A stretch of 64,000 nt of DNA from Alistipes putredinis (GTDB taxonomy: Bacteria; Bacteroidota; Bacteroidia; Bacteroidales; Rikenellaceae). Positions 36,688-49,738 of the stretch are shown one piece after another. Numbering within the stretch: position 1 is the stretch's first letter; the number at the start of each line of letters is the position of its first letter. The position numbers were made by a program, and so were the translations under genes. The DNA is taken from the NCBI GenBank assembly GCA_022009915.1, contig CP091730.1, forward strand, positions 1,601,329 through 1,665,328, read 5' to 3'. The notes under the pieces were generated by a model. The model was not told the origin of the DNA and did not search any database. It saw nothing but the letters and a program-made list of their open reading frames with translations.

Positions 36688-38075
36688 CTACTCCTGGACA
36701 CATCGGACGGATAGCCCTCCCGCACGGTAAAGACCGCCCGCGGGATTTATCATGCCTTTCGTAAAATCGAGCGCTGCTGCCATCCGCCCATCCGACGAGA
36801 ACGCCGAATCGGACCAGTAGAAGCCGGTCGGGTCGTACCCCAGCGAATCGACATTGGTGTATACGCCGGCGCTGAAACTGCGTCGGCCGGCGGCCGGGTA
36901 GTAAGTGGTAAGACTGCCGTCGTAAAAGAACATCCAGCCGTCCCGATACGTCCCGTACACATTGAACTGCGAGGCATCTTCGCTCTGCTTGCCGGTTGCG
37001 GTAAATCCAGTCCATGCACTCGTAGGCGGAACCCGCCAGCCGTAGGGGCATGGGTCGTAAATACTCTTGGAGCCGTCAGCACCCCAAAGCGTATTGTCTC
37101 GCTCTGCATACAACCAGTCGTAGCCTGACTTTTCGACTCCTGTCAGAAATTTCATAGGGTTGGCTATCGTATATTCTACGGTACCCGTTTTTCTCGGCAG
37201 TCTGTTGTATTTCGAATGCCTGCCATTTGTTCAAAGCATCGTAAGTGGACTGGTCGGCATCCGTATGGTAGCCGCGCGAACCGACGAACGGGTCTTTGCG
37301 GCCCCCACTGATAGAGCATGCCGTATGATTTCCATATCTCGTTTACGGATGAAGTGTCGCAGCCGTAGGCACCCAGATTCCGGTCCATGAAAACAAGAGA
37401 ATTGGAATAGGTCTGGGCGGTCGCTTCGGGATTGTAGTCAGCAAACCATATATGCCAACTCCAAAGAATGTTATACTGCTCGTCCACAGCGGCTATGACA
37501 CCATTACCGTAACTGTCGGTTTCGGATGTCGAAAACATGATATAACCGTTGTCGTAGGCTATGTAGTTGATAAGATTCTTGGCACTCTGCCATACGAGCC
37601 GTGCCCCTGCGGGTGCGAGCGTGAGCGAAGCGTCGCCTCCTTTTGCCGTAGCCCTGAATTTGTATCTGGTATTTTTATGCGGAGCTATGTAGCAGTTCGC
37701 CATGCCGTCCGCACTCAAATCTTCCGCAGCCCGAACCGATACTTTAAGTAAAACGGTTATAGTAGTGTTGCCGTATGCTTTAAGTTCTACGGTTCCCGAT
37801 TCGTTATCTTCGGTAACTACGGACGGTGCGGTTATCGTAACGGCGGAAGAGCCTATCACGGCATTCCACCCGTCGGTGATTTCGGCAATCTCCACTTTGC
37901 TTACATGCCTTTTGGAAAATTCGGCATTCTGGCTTTGACCGGCCTCGAATACGTAGGTCTTCTGGTCGAAGACGAATACGGATGACGCCTCGTCGTCCTT
38001 CTTGCAGGAAACCGCTGCGGCAGCCATAACGAAGACGAGCAAAAGCCTCGAAACGATGTTGTTTATTTTCGACAT
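36688..38075 (-). CDS. lipoprotein with Fibrobacter-succinogenes-major-paralogous (FISUMP, TIGR02145-like) C-terminal domain; at least 2 frame breaks
   Basis: Lipobox AAAVSCKKDD. YGMLYQWG ... DPCPYGWRVP ... GLSVRCVQE. ORFs 37176..38075 and 36688..37155 join. Confidence 0.6.
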
Positions 38076-38185
38076 ACGAATAAAGTTGGTTTTTGGAACT
38101 CAATGAAGCGCAAATTTACACAAAAGTTTTTTAATAAAAGGTATAATTCTTGAATGACAAACGACCAAAAAAATCCTTTTATATT

Positions 38186-38941
38186 ATGCACGACACAGCA
38201 AATACCGAGCCCGCAAAAACGGAGAATGGCAATAAGTTCCATATCAAAATAGCCGAGGGCGGACCCTACCTCGTATTCGGTCGTCCGCCTCTGGTGCAAC
38301 AATTCCTGATGCCGAACGGAGAGGGCGAAATCTGGTACTTCCAGCAGGGACGCGAATTTCCGATGGATGGCGATCCGACCGCACTGTGCCGCTGCGGAGC
38401 TTCGGGACACAAACCCTACTGCGACGGAGCGCACAAGTCTGCCGATTGGGATCCTACGCTGACTGCGAACGAATCGGATGCACTTTCGAATGCCGAACTG
38501 ATTGAAGGCCCCGTGCTGTCCATGTCGGACAACGAAAGTCTCTGCGTTTTCGCACGTTTCTGCGATGCCAAGGGAAGGGCGTGGAATCTCGTGCAGGATA
38601 CGGATGACGAGCCGGCCCGCAAGGCCTTGATTCACGAAACGCAGCACTGTCCGAACTCTCGCCTTACGGCTTGGGACAACCTTACGAAAGAGGCTTGCGA
38701 GCCTGAATTGGAGCAGGAAATAGGCCTTATTGAAGACCCGCAGATAAATGCGAGCGGAGGCCTTAGACTCTCGGGCGGAATGCTCGTAAGAAAAGAGAAC
38801 GGCATCGCTTATCAGACGCTCAACAGGGTGGTACTCTGCCGGTGCGGACAGTCGTTGAACAAGCCGTATTGCGACGGAACGCATGCCTCGTTCAAGTTCG
38901 ACGACGGCCTTGGCGGAGAGCCGGACGGCAAAAAATGGTGA
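38186..38941 (+). CDS. CDGSH iron-sulfur domain protein (two CDGSH motifs)
   Basis: CRCGASGHKPYCDGAH and CRCGQSLNKPYCDGTH. This is the first in-frame ATG; the track ORF starts at an upstream TTG (38150). Confidence 0.8.
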   Translation: MHDTANTEPAKTENGNKFHIKIAEGGPYLVFGRPPLVQQFLMPNGEGEIWYFQQGREFPMDGDPTALCRCGASGHKPYCDGAHKSADWDPTLTANESDALSNAELIEGPVLSMSDNESLCVFARFCDAKGRAWNLVQDTDDEPARKALIHETQHCPNSRLTAWDNLTKEACEPELEQEIGLIEDPQINASGGLRLSGGMLVRKENGIAYQTLNRVVLCRCGQSLNKPYCDGTHASFKFDDGLGGEPDGKKW

Positions 38942-39004
38942 CAAGATTACGTTTTTGAAAATATTTTAGTACTTTTGTGTCCGCCCGAAACGCGCTCCCG
39001 ATAC

Positions 39005-39090
39005 GCTCGGATGGTGGAATAGGTAGACACGCCGGACTTAAAATCCTGTGGCCAGCAATGGCCGTGCGGGTTCGATTCCCGCTCCGAGTA
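39005..39090 (+). tRNA. tRNA-Leu (anticodon TAA), long variable arm
   Basis: Acceptor GCTCGGA/TCCGAGT, D-arm GGTGGAATAGGTAGACAC, anticodon loop CTTAAAA, T-arm GCGGGTTCGATTCCCGC. Confidence 0.9.
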
Positions 39091-39096
39091 CAATGC

Positions 39097-39136
39097 AACC
39101 GCAATCATTCAACATCGAGTGATTGCGGTTTTTTTA
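39097..39136 (+). terminator. rho-independent terminator after tRNA-Leu
   Basis: AACCGCAATCA / TGATTGCGGTT followed by T7. Confidence 0.7.
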
Positions 39137-39316
39137 TGTTGTCATGCCGTATTTTTATGCGTGCCGAGCGGCACTTCAACCGGCAGCCGATTCGAATCGT
39201 CGATTCTCGTTGCAGCATCTTGGGTGCCTTGCACTATGGACTATCGCAAAATCTCGGATTCTCATGCCCCTGCCACAGGATATTGCGCCGAACAAAAATG
39301 CGACAGAGCACGGAAT

Positions 39317-40352
39317 CTAATCCAATTTCTTTTCGTGCAGCCATTGCGACAAAAGATTCGCCACTTCTACGTTATTCAAATCCGACATAGGGAAGTGCGT
39401 GTTGCCGTGCAGACCTGCTTCCGGCAGGTGAACGACCGTTACGTCGCCGCCCGAATCATTGAGCATTTCCGCCCACTTGCGCATCAGATGCAGCCTGCGG
39501 GTCCATTCGTACAGTTCCGGCCGTTCGTCTGTCTCGGGCAGATTATCCCCGTAATAAATCACGATTGGAATTTTCGTATACTTCATAAAATCGGACATCG
39601 GCACCTCTATCCCCTCCGTTTTATTCGACAAGGTCAGTATCCGTCCTTCTTGCGGCACTTGCCCCTCAGGAAACGGGATTCCGCCTCCGGGTTCGTAAGA
39701 GACAATCGCCTTGATGTTGTCGGTTTTCAGCAATGTGCGCCAGCCTACCGGACCGCCCCTGCGAATGGGTTACGAATATCGCAGGGCCTATTTTGTCGAA
39801 CAATGCCGCGTAGGCATCGGAATAGACTTCGAAATCCGCCGAACCGATATTGGGCGTCATCTGGCGGAAATACTGGTCCAGAGCCTCCTTGCTGCGGCTG
39901 AATTGAACTCCATCGAAATATTCGGGCCATATGCCCAACCGGAAACGGTTGAACCAAATCTGCTCGTCGAAAGCCGGAGCTATCGTCGCCGCTTCCGTGC
40001 TTCGCCCTGCATTTCCCCTGCGAGGCTGATCCGCAAGATAGATTGAAAAACCGCGCCTCAGAAAGATATTCTGGAATCCCTCGCGCCCGTCGGGTGTCGT
40101 CTCCCATGTCTTAGAAAAACTGCCCCACGCCGTGGGCGAATACGATTGGGTAGGGTCGTGCATCGACGGGTTTCTGATAAAAAGACATATGCGTGGTCGC
40201 CATGATAGGTACGGCCCAGCGAGTCGGTAAGCACCGTTCCGCCCACGGCGAAACTGCCCTGTTCGGCAATGCGCATGATACCTCCGTTGCGGGATTCGCA
40301 TCCGCACAACAAAACGGTTACGGCCATAAATATAATCAGTGTCCTTTTTCAT
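39317..40352 (-). CDS. secreted or lipoprotein alpha/beta hydrolase; at least 3 frame breaks
   Basis: MKKDT..MAVTVLLCGCES (ORF 40058..40327), then the middle part inside ORF 39666..40622 (FSKTWETTPDGREGFQNIFLRRGFSIYLADQPRRGNAGRS, FVTHSQG) and ORF 39317..39733. Confidence 0.65.
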
Positions 40353-40363
40353 AAATAATGCGT

Positions 40364-41549
<1,186 letters not shown>

Positions 41550-41777
41550 ATCATTATGTTTCCGAAGTTTTCCGGATACGAAAGTATGGCGGAGGTTGCT
41601 TTATTTCCGTATCCGTTTTACGGATTGAACAACCAGTTTCACCGGTCGGCGGCACCTGTGGAATAGGTAATCGAAAACGATGATTCGGATACGGACCGGC
41701 CGGAATGTATCCTGTAACTTTGCCTTGTGAAAACCATGATATAGAATAAACCCTATATTTGCAGTAAAAACGGAATC

Positions 41778-42675
41778 ATGTCCGACATAATGAAAATAGA
41801 TACAATCCAGCAATACAACGATTACTTCGGGGTAGAAACGCTTCATCCGCTGGTTACTGTCATCGACGGCCGCGAAGCAGCCCCGTTGCGTTTCGGCCGT
41901 AAGTTATATAACGTATACGCCGTATTGCTGAAAGATGCGTCCTGCGGCAATCTCAGATACGGACAGAGCATTTACGATTACCGGCAGGGGACCGTGCTTT
42001 TCATTGCGCCCGGGCAGGTGATGGGTTCCGAGGACGACGGCCAGCTGCACCGGCCAGAGGGCTGGGTATTGGCATTTCATCCGGAATTCCTGCGCGGAAC
42101 GCCGCTGACGAATGCCCTCAAAGAGTATTCATATTTTTCGTATAATGCGAACGAGGCTTTGCATCTTTCGAAGAATGAGCGGAGCATTGTCGTCGAGTGC
42201 ATGGGGAAAAATACGTGCGGAGTTGCAATACCCGATATACAGGCACAGCAAATCCCTGATTGCGGACAATATCAAACTGCTGCTCGACTACTGCATCCGT
42301 TTTTACGACCGTCAGTTCATTACCCGCCAGAATGCCAATAACGATATTTTGACCCGTTTCGAAAGTCTGCTGGACGACTATTTCTCCTCGGACGAACCTG
42401 CTGAGCACGGCATGCCTTCCGTGCAATATTGCGCAGACAAACTTCATCTTTCGGCCAACTATTTCAGCGATTTGCTGAAAAAGGAGACCGGTGCGTCCGC
42501 ACTGAAACACATACAGCAGAAAATGCTCGAATCGGCCAAGCGGCGCGTATTCGATACCTCGAAGACCATAAGCGAAATATCTTACGAACTGGGATTTCCG
42601 TATCCACAGCATTTCAGCCGCTGGTTCAAAAGAATGACAGGATGCACGCCCAACGAGTACAGAGCTCTCGATTAG
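41778..42675 (+). CDS. AraC family transcriptional regulator; 1 frame break near 42200
   Basis: ORFs 41778..42341 and 42112..42675 join. The C-terminal HTH is ISYELGFPYPQHFSRWFKRMTGCTPNEYR. It is a paralog of the regulator at 59230..60154. Confidence 0.8.
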
Positions 42676-42935
42676 CCTAATCGGATTCCACAAAAAATCG
42701 GAGACCTAATTTGCTTTTCATCTACGGAGCGACTATCTTTACAAGATAAAAACACATACTTTCTTGAAAAAGGTTTCACTCTGCGTTTTCGCCGCCGCGC
42801 TCGGCCCTTTGTATTTGAAGGGCGAGGTATCTACCCTTAGAATGGATAGAGAAAATCCAAGACAGCTTACCAAGGCGCCGAGTTACGCATCCGTGCCTTT
42901 TTCGAAGCAGTAACATTCATTCAAAATACGAATAG

Positions 42936-43874
42936 ATGAAAACGAAGATAGCGATAGTCGGAACCGGCGGAGTAGGAGGGTTCATAGGGGGATTGCTCGC
43001 CCGATTCTATGAGAACTCCGACGAGGTTTCGGTTTATTTCATTTCGAGAGGCAAAGCCCTCGAATCGATTCGCAAAAACGGAATAGAAATAGAGGCTGAC
43101 TGCGGACATTTTTTCGCACGGCCGGCCGCCGCAACGGACGACAGTACGCAAATCGGCACGATGGACTACGTGCTGTTCTGTACCAAAGCATACGACGTAA
43201 AGGGAGGAATCACCCAAATCATGCCTTGCATAGGGCCCGACACGGTGATCATTCCGTTTCTCAACGGAGTGGACAGCGTCGAGACAATCCGCGGTATGTT
43301 GCCCGACAATCAGGTGTGGTACGGATGCGTGTACGTTGTGGCATACATACTTACACCCGGACATATAAAGGAAAGCACCAATGGTTACCGTTACTATTTC
43401 GGACACCCTGACGCAGATAAAGAAAAAGTTCGCATACTGGCTGAAATATTCTCTCGCGCAGATATTTGCGCACGTGCATCTGAGAATATCGAAATTCGCG
43501 TATGGGACAAATTCGCATTCATATCCACCGTAGCCACCGTCACCTCGTATACGGACAAGACATACGGCGAGATTCTGTCCGAACCAGAGTATAGGAGTAT
43601 GCTTATGAATTTGCTTGCCGAATTCAAGGCAGTGGCGGCCGCCGAAAACAAGCCTCTGTCCGAAGACATCACACATGCTGTCGTGGCGCAAATGGAAAAG
43701 ATTCCGCCACAAACCACCACTTCGATGCAACGTGATTTCAGGGCTGGACGCAATACGGAACTCGAATCGCTGACAGGGTACATAGTCCGCAAGGCCAAAG
43801 AGAACGTATTGACTGTACCGACGTATGAAGTAATATACAAGACCTTATCTGAAAAGAACACATCAACTAAATAA
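42936..43874 (+). CDS. 2-dehydropantoate 2-reductase (ketopantoate reductase family)
   Basis: Intact 312 aa. KIAIVGTGGVGGFIGGLLA ... CTKAYD ... TSMQRDFRAGRNTELESLTG. Confidence 0.8.
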   Translation: MKTKIAIVGTGGVGGFIGGLLARFYENSDEVSVYFISRGKALESIRKNGIEIEADCGHFFARPAAATDDSTQIGTMDYVLFCTKAYDVKGGITQIMPCIGPDTVIIPFLNGVDSVETIRGMLPDNQVWYGCVYVVAYILTPGHIKESTNGYRYYFGHPDADKEKVRILAEIFSRADICARASENIEIRVWDKFAFISTVATVTSYTDKTYGEILSEPEYRSMLMNLLAEFKAVAAAENKPLSEDITHAVVAQMEKIPPQTTTSMQRDFRAGRNTELESLTGYIVRKAKENVLTVPTYEVIYKTLSEKNTSTK

Positions 43875-43886
43875 TTAACCGTTTAT

Positions 43887-46308
43887 ATGAAACAACTTAA
43901 ACTTCTGATTCCAATAATCGCCGTTCTGATTACGGCATGTTCTACATCTCCCGACGAGAGGAAGGTGAATGAAAAATCCCTATCCGGACGGCATCACAGT
44001 CATAACACAAGTACCGTCGGTATTTTCACCGTCTGCTGTCGAATTCGAAATTGACATATGGACCAGCGACGTATGGTCCGCACAGGTCCAATCCGACCGG
44101 CCGGTGAATTGGATTGACCTTACGGAAGATTGGGGCGAGGTGGGATACGGCAAGATAAAATTCAGCTTGTCGGCGAACACCGGTTTCGATTCGCGCTCGA
44201 CGACAATACTCATAACAGCCGGCGAATACACGAAAGAGATTACCGTCACCCAGAATCAGAACAACTCCATTTCGGTCTCTGCAAGCGAATTTACAGTTCC
44301 GAGCACTGGGCAAAGAATCGAGATAGAGGTGGCGTCGAACCTCGACTACGACATCATCATTCCGGATGATGCTACGTGGATAACGAGAGTAGAGGAGAAC
44401 ACCAAAGCTCTCGAACGGACTTCGCTCAAATTCGACGCGGCCGCAAACGACACCTACATGCCCCGCCATGCGGTAATCGTTTTGAGGACCGAGGAGGAAG
44501 ACGATGTGGAAATAACCGTAAACCAGCTCCGCAATGTCGATTTGCTCGTTTCCCAGCCCGACACTGTCAGATTGAACACGTCGGACACCACCTTCGTAAT
44601 GGAAATTTCCACCAATCTCGAATATACCGTCTCTCTGACGCCTGTATCATGGCTGACAATGCAGGAGCAAACACGCGCGTTAGTGTCGGCCTCATACGTC
44701 TTCACGGCCGAAGAAAAACGCCAAAAAGCATGCGCCGCACAGAGCCTTGTAATCGAAGCCGACTCGGCGGAATTCAGCCGTAGAATAATCATCGAGCAGA
44801 GCGGCCCCAACGACGAGCGGCTGGCGCTCGAACGCAACTCTCTGATGACGATTTTTCGAAGCCACAGGCGGCAGCGAATACTGGACCAAGTATACGAACT
44901 GGGGCAGCGACGAACCGGTTTCCAAATGGTACGGAATAACCGCGGATGCGAACGGTTTCGTAAAGACCATATCGCTTGCCAACAACAATATACAGGGCAA
45001 GATTCCCGACGAAATAGGCAACTTCCGCTCTCTTACCACTTTAAGATTGAACGGCAACAACATGCGCGGGTCGATTCCGGATACGATTTGGACGATTCCG
45101 ACTATAACCGGCGTTTATCTGCAAAACAACAATTTTTTTCGGGTCTGCTGCCGCACAAAGCCACCTCGATAGAGAATCTCCGGTATCTCAATCTAACCAA
45201 CAACAAACTGCGCGACGGAATAACTCCGGATTTCATGACCCACAAATACTTCAAATCGTGGAGCCTGCAACCGCAAAAATCCGGATATGCCGTCACCGAA
45301 CAATGGGACGACCCCAACGACCCAATTCATGCCGACGGTGAAGTGGAGATTTATCAAAAGGCGACAAAAGGCAAGGGTGTCAATATATTCCTCACATGCG
45401 ACGGGTATACGGCCCTTAACAATTCGGTGGGCGGAACGGCCGAGAGACGCATGAAACTGGCTGCCGAAGCCTTCTTCGCGGTTGAGCCGTACAAATCGCT
45501 GCGAGACTATTTCAATATTTATATAGTGTATGCGCACTCGCAACTCGCCGGTATCTCGATTAACGGAGGGCTTTCGTACAGCAGGTTCGGCGCGGCACAA
45601 GCGGACCAGTCCAAAACCAACATGTCAGCCAACTGCGACTATGTATTCTCGTTCGTAGTCAAGGCTACGGGCATTCAGAGCGCATCCACATCGCTCATTA
45701 TGCTGGTCGCCAACAGCTCGATTTACGGCGGAACATGCTGGATGTATGCCACAGGAGGCGCAGTCGGTATAACTCCGGCCTGCGATTCATTCGAACCGGT
45801 TCTCAGACACGAATGCGGCGGACACGGATTCGCCAAATTGGCGGACGAATACTTCTATTCTGCCAATGGCCGCGTTACGGAAAGTGCGATGAACGCCAGA
45901 CGCAATTCGCAGGAAAAATACGGCTGGTACCAGAATGCCGATTTCACCGACGATCCCGAAAAAGTGCTGTGGAGCAGATTCCTCAAAGACAGCCGCTACG
46001 AAGGTACGGTAGGAATATACGAAGGGGCTTTTACATACTATTACGGAGCCTATCGCCCGACGAATACCAGCATCATGCGAAGCAATACCGGAGTATTCAA
46101 CGCTCCGAGCCGCGAATCCATCTACAAGAACATCATGTCGAAGGCGTTCGACGACTGGACATACGACTACGAAGAGTTCGTAGAATTCGATATCAAGTCC
46201 GGGAGCATATCCGCCTCGGCTCCATCGCTTTTGGAAATGGTACCTGAACCTGAACTTCCGCCACTCGGCGAGCCGGTGGTAATAGACAGGGCGCCGATAA
46301 TAGAGTAG
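43887..46308 (+). CDS. lipoprotein with BACON-like repeats, LRR segment and M64-like (IgA-peptidase family) metallopeptidase domain; at least 3 frame breaks
   Basis: MKQLKLLIPIIAVLITACS joins ORF 43969..46308. The segment ~44840-45130 reads in another frame as LRR (ISLANNNIQGKIPDEIGNFRSLTTLRLNGNNMRGSIPD). The catalytic region is RHECGGHGFAKLADEY. Confidence 0.65.
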
Positions 46309-46356
46309 AGCAACTCCGAATGTACAGTAAACGCACGAATGAAATTCGTGCGTTTA

Positions 46357-47265
46357 CTATTTGTTTTCCTCTATATACGATATTATCCCGCCGATGTTTT
46401 CCGGCGCAAACCACCGTATTCGTTCGTCTCTCCCAAACCAAGTCATCTGCCGTTTCGCATAGCGTCTGGAATTACGCTTTATGAGTTCAACGGCCTCATC
46501 CAATGATGACATTCCGTCGAAATAATCGAACAACTCCTTGTAGCCCACCGTCTGCAAGGATTTCAGATTGCGATACGGATAAAGCGCACGCGCTTCCTCT
46601 ACGAGCCCTTCTCGCAGCATCATATCCACTCGGTCGTTTATTCTCCGGTAAAAGGCTCCTCGCGAGGTCTCTGTACACCGATTTTTGACAACATCGAAAT
46701 CGCGCCGTCTGACAGTCCCCTTTCTGAATTCCGAATAAGGCCGCGAGGTTTGCAAACAGACCTCCACCGCTCTCGATACTCGCGCAGGATTTCGTTTGTC
46801 CACTATATTGTAATATTCAGGATCCAATACGCGCAGCCGCTCGACCAAGGCATCGAGGCCGTTTTCCTGCAACTCCGTCCTAATTCTGCTTCTAAGTTCC
46901 ATATCGGCATCGGGCAAATCGTCCATGCCGTCGCAAAGCGCGTCTATATAGAGCCCTGCACCCCCCACGGCGATAACGGCCGAGTACCTCTCGAAAAGTT
47001 CGTCGAGCTTTTGCAATGCCTGCCTTTCGAAGGTCGCGCAATTATAGTGCATGTTTATGTCGATACAAGCAATAAAATGATGCTTAACCTGTTGCAACTG
47101 TTCGTCGCTCGGCTGGGCCGTGCCTATTTTCATTCCCTTGTATACCTGTCGGGAATCGGTGGATATTATTTCGGTGCCGTAATGCAGCGCCAAAGCTATG
47201 CCCAAATCCGTTTTGCCGCAACCCGTCGGACCGGCAATTACAACCAGCCGGCGATTAGTATTCAT
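46357..47265 (-). CDS. miaA: tRNA dimethylallyltransferase; a compensating indel pair around 46650-46680
   Basis: VVIAGPTGCGKT ... STDSRQVYKGMKIGTA. The stretch VKNRCTETSRGAFYRRIN becomes VKIGVQRPREELYRRIN if one base is removed from an A-run and a second indel follows nearby. Confidence 0.88.
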   Translation of the reverse strand: MNTNRRLVVIAGPTGCGKTDLGIALALHYGTEIISTDSRQVYKGMKIGTAQPSDEQLQQVKHHFIACIDINMHYNCATFERQALQKLDELFERYSAVIAVGGAGLYIDALCDGMDDLPDADMELRSRIRTELQENGLDALVERLRVLDPEYYNIVDKRNPARVSRAVEVCLQTSRPYSEFRKGTVRRRDFDVVKNRCTETSRGAFYRRINDRVDMMLREGLVEEARALYPYRNLKSLQTVGYKELFDYFDGMSSLDEAVELIKRNSRRYAKRQMTWFGRDERIRWFAPENIGGIISYIEENK

Positions 47266-47777
47266 CGTCCGAAAAGTCGTCATCCTCGCCGTATCCGCCG
47301 AAATCGTCGAACTCCTCCATGACTTCATCGAATATCGAACTCGAACGGCCTATGTCTTCCGAAGCCTCGAATTGATCCGACGGCTCCGCTACCGAAAGTG
47401 TAACACGAGGATAATGCACATTGTCATCCTGTTTTTGCTTCAATTAATTCCAGATAATAGGCTCTGTCCGAAAGCATGTCGAATACATAGATAAGCCTGT
47501 CCTTATTCTTGTGTATTATCTGACCGAGCGATACGGACGACATGGCGCGAGGAGTAAAACTCTCGGTCTCGCCCATGTCGGCAAGCGTAAATTCGTCGAG
47601 TTTGTTCCAAGAAGCATCGGAGGTGAAAAATGAAGCCATGACGCCGGAGTCATACTTCAAGTCCTCACATATAAAATTATTGAAATCAAGCAGATTCATA
47701 TCGTATGGAACTTCATACTCTCTTATGAATCCGTCGTTTTCATCGCTAAGCATTCTGAATTTGAATATCATCGACAT
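47255..47777 (-). CDS. pRiA4b ORF-3-like family protein with acidic C-terminal tail; 1 frame break near 47435
   Basis: MIFKFRMLSDENDGFIREYEV...LIYVFDMLSDRAYYLELIE (ORF 47424..47777) joins ORF 47255..47443 (EEFDDFGGYGEDDDFSDDEY). The family assignment is from memory of similar Bacteroides proteins. Confidence 0.5.
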
Positions 47778-47816
47778 GGTTCGAATATTTTTGATTGTAC
47801 AAATATAGTTAAAGGA

Positions 47817-48819
47817 TTATATATTCGATAAAAATTTCATCGTGTCCTCGCCGTCGGGATAATCCGTCAGAGACGGGTTTTGGCTCTGTCCGAAATCAAC
47901 GCGTCGAGAATGATTCAAGCGTCCTTCTACGCACTGAATCGAGTTGTCGTTCTCCACGAGCCAGTCGGCGACCTTTGGCAAAGAGTCGTAAAACACGTAG
48001 TTTACTTGGCTTATGGCCTCCGGAAAGCCGCCGCGCTCCACCATAACCCGGCATCCGCAATCCGTAAAGCACTCTCCATTCATTTCAAGTACTGCTTTAA
48101 GTTGCGTATAATTATTGACGATTTTTTTGTTTATATGTTCAGTACAATTTATTGAACGTACCACATTTGAAATATCGTATCCGTTCGGCAGAAACAGCAG
48201 ACCCACATTGCGGCACCCGAGGCCGGAATAGGACGTAATATCTTCCGCAAGTCCGGCAATCTCTTCGTCGCTTTCCGTTCCGTCCAAAACGGCGACCGAG
48301 CAGCGATTGCCGCGAAGCAGCATCGGAATACCTTCGTACTTCTGCCTGAACAATCGCACGGCATTGTCTCCGCCCATTGCGACGAGAGCATCCGGTTTTT
48401 ACGCTGCCGTCGTAAAAAGTCTATCGGAATGTCAGGACATATATCTTTCAATATACCAATTATGTATCCAATCAGTACGGAATCTTTGCTCGAAGTCTTG
48501 ACTACTGCCCTGTGTCCGCTCGCTAACACGCACATCAAGTCGAAAAAGCCGACCATCGGAATGTTTCCCGCCATGATTACGAGCACTTTTTTTTCGCACT
48601 CGCTCTCCGAATAGCCGCTCAACCATTCATAGAGCTTATCCGCATCAAGCATCTGGGTGCAAACGGATTCTATCTGATGTCTTATATCATACTCGGTGAA
48701 CCATGGATTTTTCAGCCACCGCCTTCCGAACAATCTGCCCGAAAGACTTATCCGCAACGGCAGCACCGAGCATTTGACCGAACCGAGAAAAAGACGAATA
48801 TGGATTTATCCTTTGTCAT
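47817..48819 (-). CDS. acyl-CoA reductase (LuxC-like); at least 3 frame breaks
   Basis: VLVIMAGNIPMVGFFDLMCVLASGHRAVVKTSSKD (ORF 48149..48766) plus ORF 47817..48377. The N-terminal MTKDKSI at 48819 is recovered across breaks. Confidence 0.5.
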
Positions 48820-48886
48820 GGAGGAAAAAATTATGGAATTTTGGCAAATCTTTTTCATATTTTTGTATTCCTAAACATTCATCCGT

Positions 48887-49639
48887 ATGAAATTCGTAGC
48901 AATAATACCGGCCCGGTACTCCTCGTCGCGTTTTCCGGGCAAACCGCTGGCGGACATAAAGGGCAAGACGATGATTCGCCGCGTCTATGAACGCACGAGC
49001 ATGGTTTTCGAGCATTGTTGGGTTGCGACCGACGATGCGCGTATAGAAAACGAAGTAAGAAGTTTCGGCGGCAATGTCGCCATGACCTCTTCCGACCATA
49101 AAAGCGGCACCGACCGCTGCGCCGAGGCTCTGGGCATAGCGGAAAAGCAATCGGGCATAAGTTTTGATGTCGTGGTAAACGTTCAAGGCGACGAGCCGTT
49201 CATTTCCACGGAACAGCTTGCGACCGTCAAATCGCTGTTCGACGACCCTGCGACACAAATAGCGACGCTTGTAAAAGCCTTTTTCCGAAAGCGAAGACAT
49301 TTTTTCAACCCCAATTCGCCCAAGGTCGTGATTTCGAACAGCGGCAATGCACTGTATTTCAGCAGGTCCGTAATTCCTCACCTGAGAGGAGTGCAGACTT
49401 CCGAATGGCAGCGCACGCATACCTATTATAAGCATATAGGTCTGTACGCATACCGTAGCGAAGTTCTCGCCCGCATAACCCGACTGCCGCAAAGCGTGCT
49501 CGAAAAAAAGCCGAATCGCTGGAACATGCTGCGCTGGATAGAAAACGGATACGACATAAAGGTCGGCATCACGAACTCGGAATCCGTTGCGATAGACACG
49601 CCGGAAGATTTGCAGCGGGTTTTGGATATGCTGGCATAA
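48887..49639 (+). CDS. kdsB: 3-deoxy-manno-octulosonate cytidylyltransferase; two local compensating indel pairs
   Basis: AIIPARYSSSRFPGKPL ... VNVQGDEPF ... HIGLYAY. The segments FFRKRRHFF and KKPNRWNMLRW read as FSESEDIF and KAESLEQLRW in the shifted frame. Confidence 0.88.
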   Translation: MKFVAIIPARYSSSRFPGKPLADIKGKTMIRRVYERTSMVFEHCWVATDDARIENEVRSFGGNVAMTSSDHKSGTDRCAEALGIAEKQSGISFDVVVNVQGDEPFISTEQLATVKSLFDDPATQIATLVKAFFRKRRHFFNPNSPKVVISNSGNALYFSRSVIPHLRGVQTSEWQRTHTYYKHIGLYAYRSEVLARITRLPQSVLEKKPNRWNMLRWIENGYDIKVGITNSESVAIDTPEDLQRVLDMLA

Positions 49640-49738
49640 AATTTTGATGTTAAGAAAGTAAATCATATCTTTGTCTTTCGAAAAAAATCATATTCAATCG
49701 CCGAATCGGCGACACTTTCAACGAATCAAATATTCTTT

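Noticed and set aside
39090-39316. Integration hot spots next to tRNA-Leu, and likewise tRNA-Gly (53302-53470) and tRNA-Val
   Set aside because: I looked for integrase genes, direct repeats of the tRNA 3' end, or composition shifts adjacent to the tRNAs. Only terminators and ordinary genes follow.
42676-42935. Riboswitch-like leader upstream of the ketopantoate reductase gene, and a 15-bp palindrome CGATTAGCCTAATCG over the AraC stop codon
   Set aside because: There are only short alternative stems (CTCGGCCC / GGCGCCGAG and AAGGC…GCCTT plus a T-run). I cannot match them to any riboswitch class I know. This is too weak without a covariance search.
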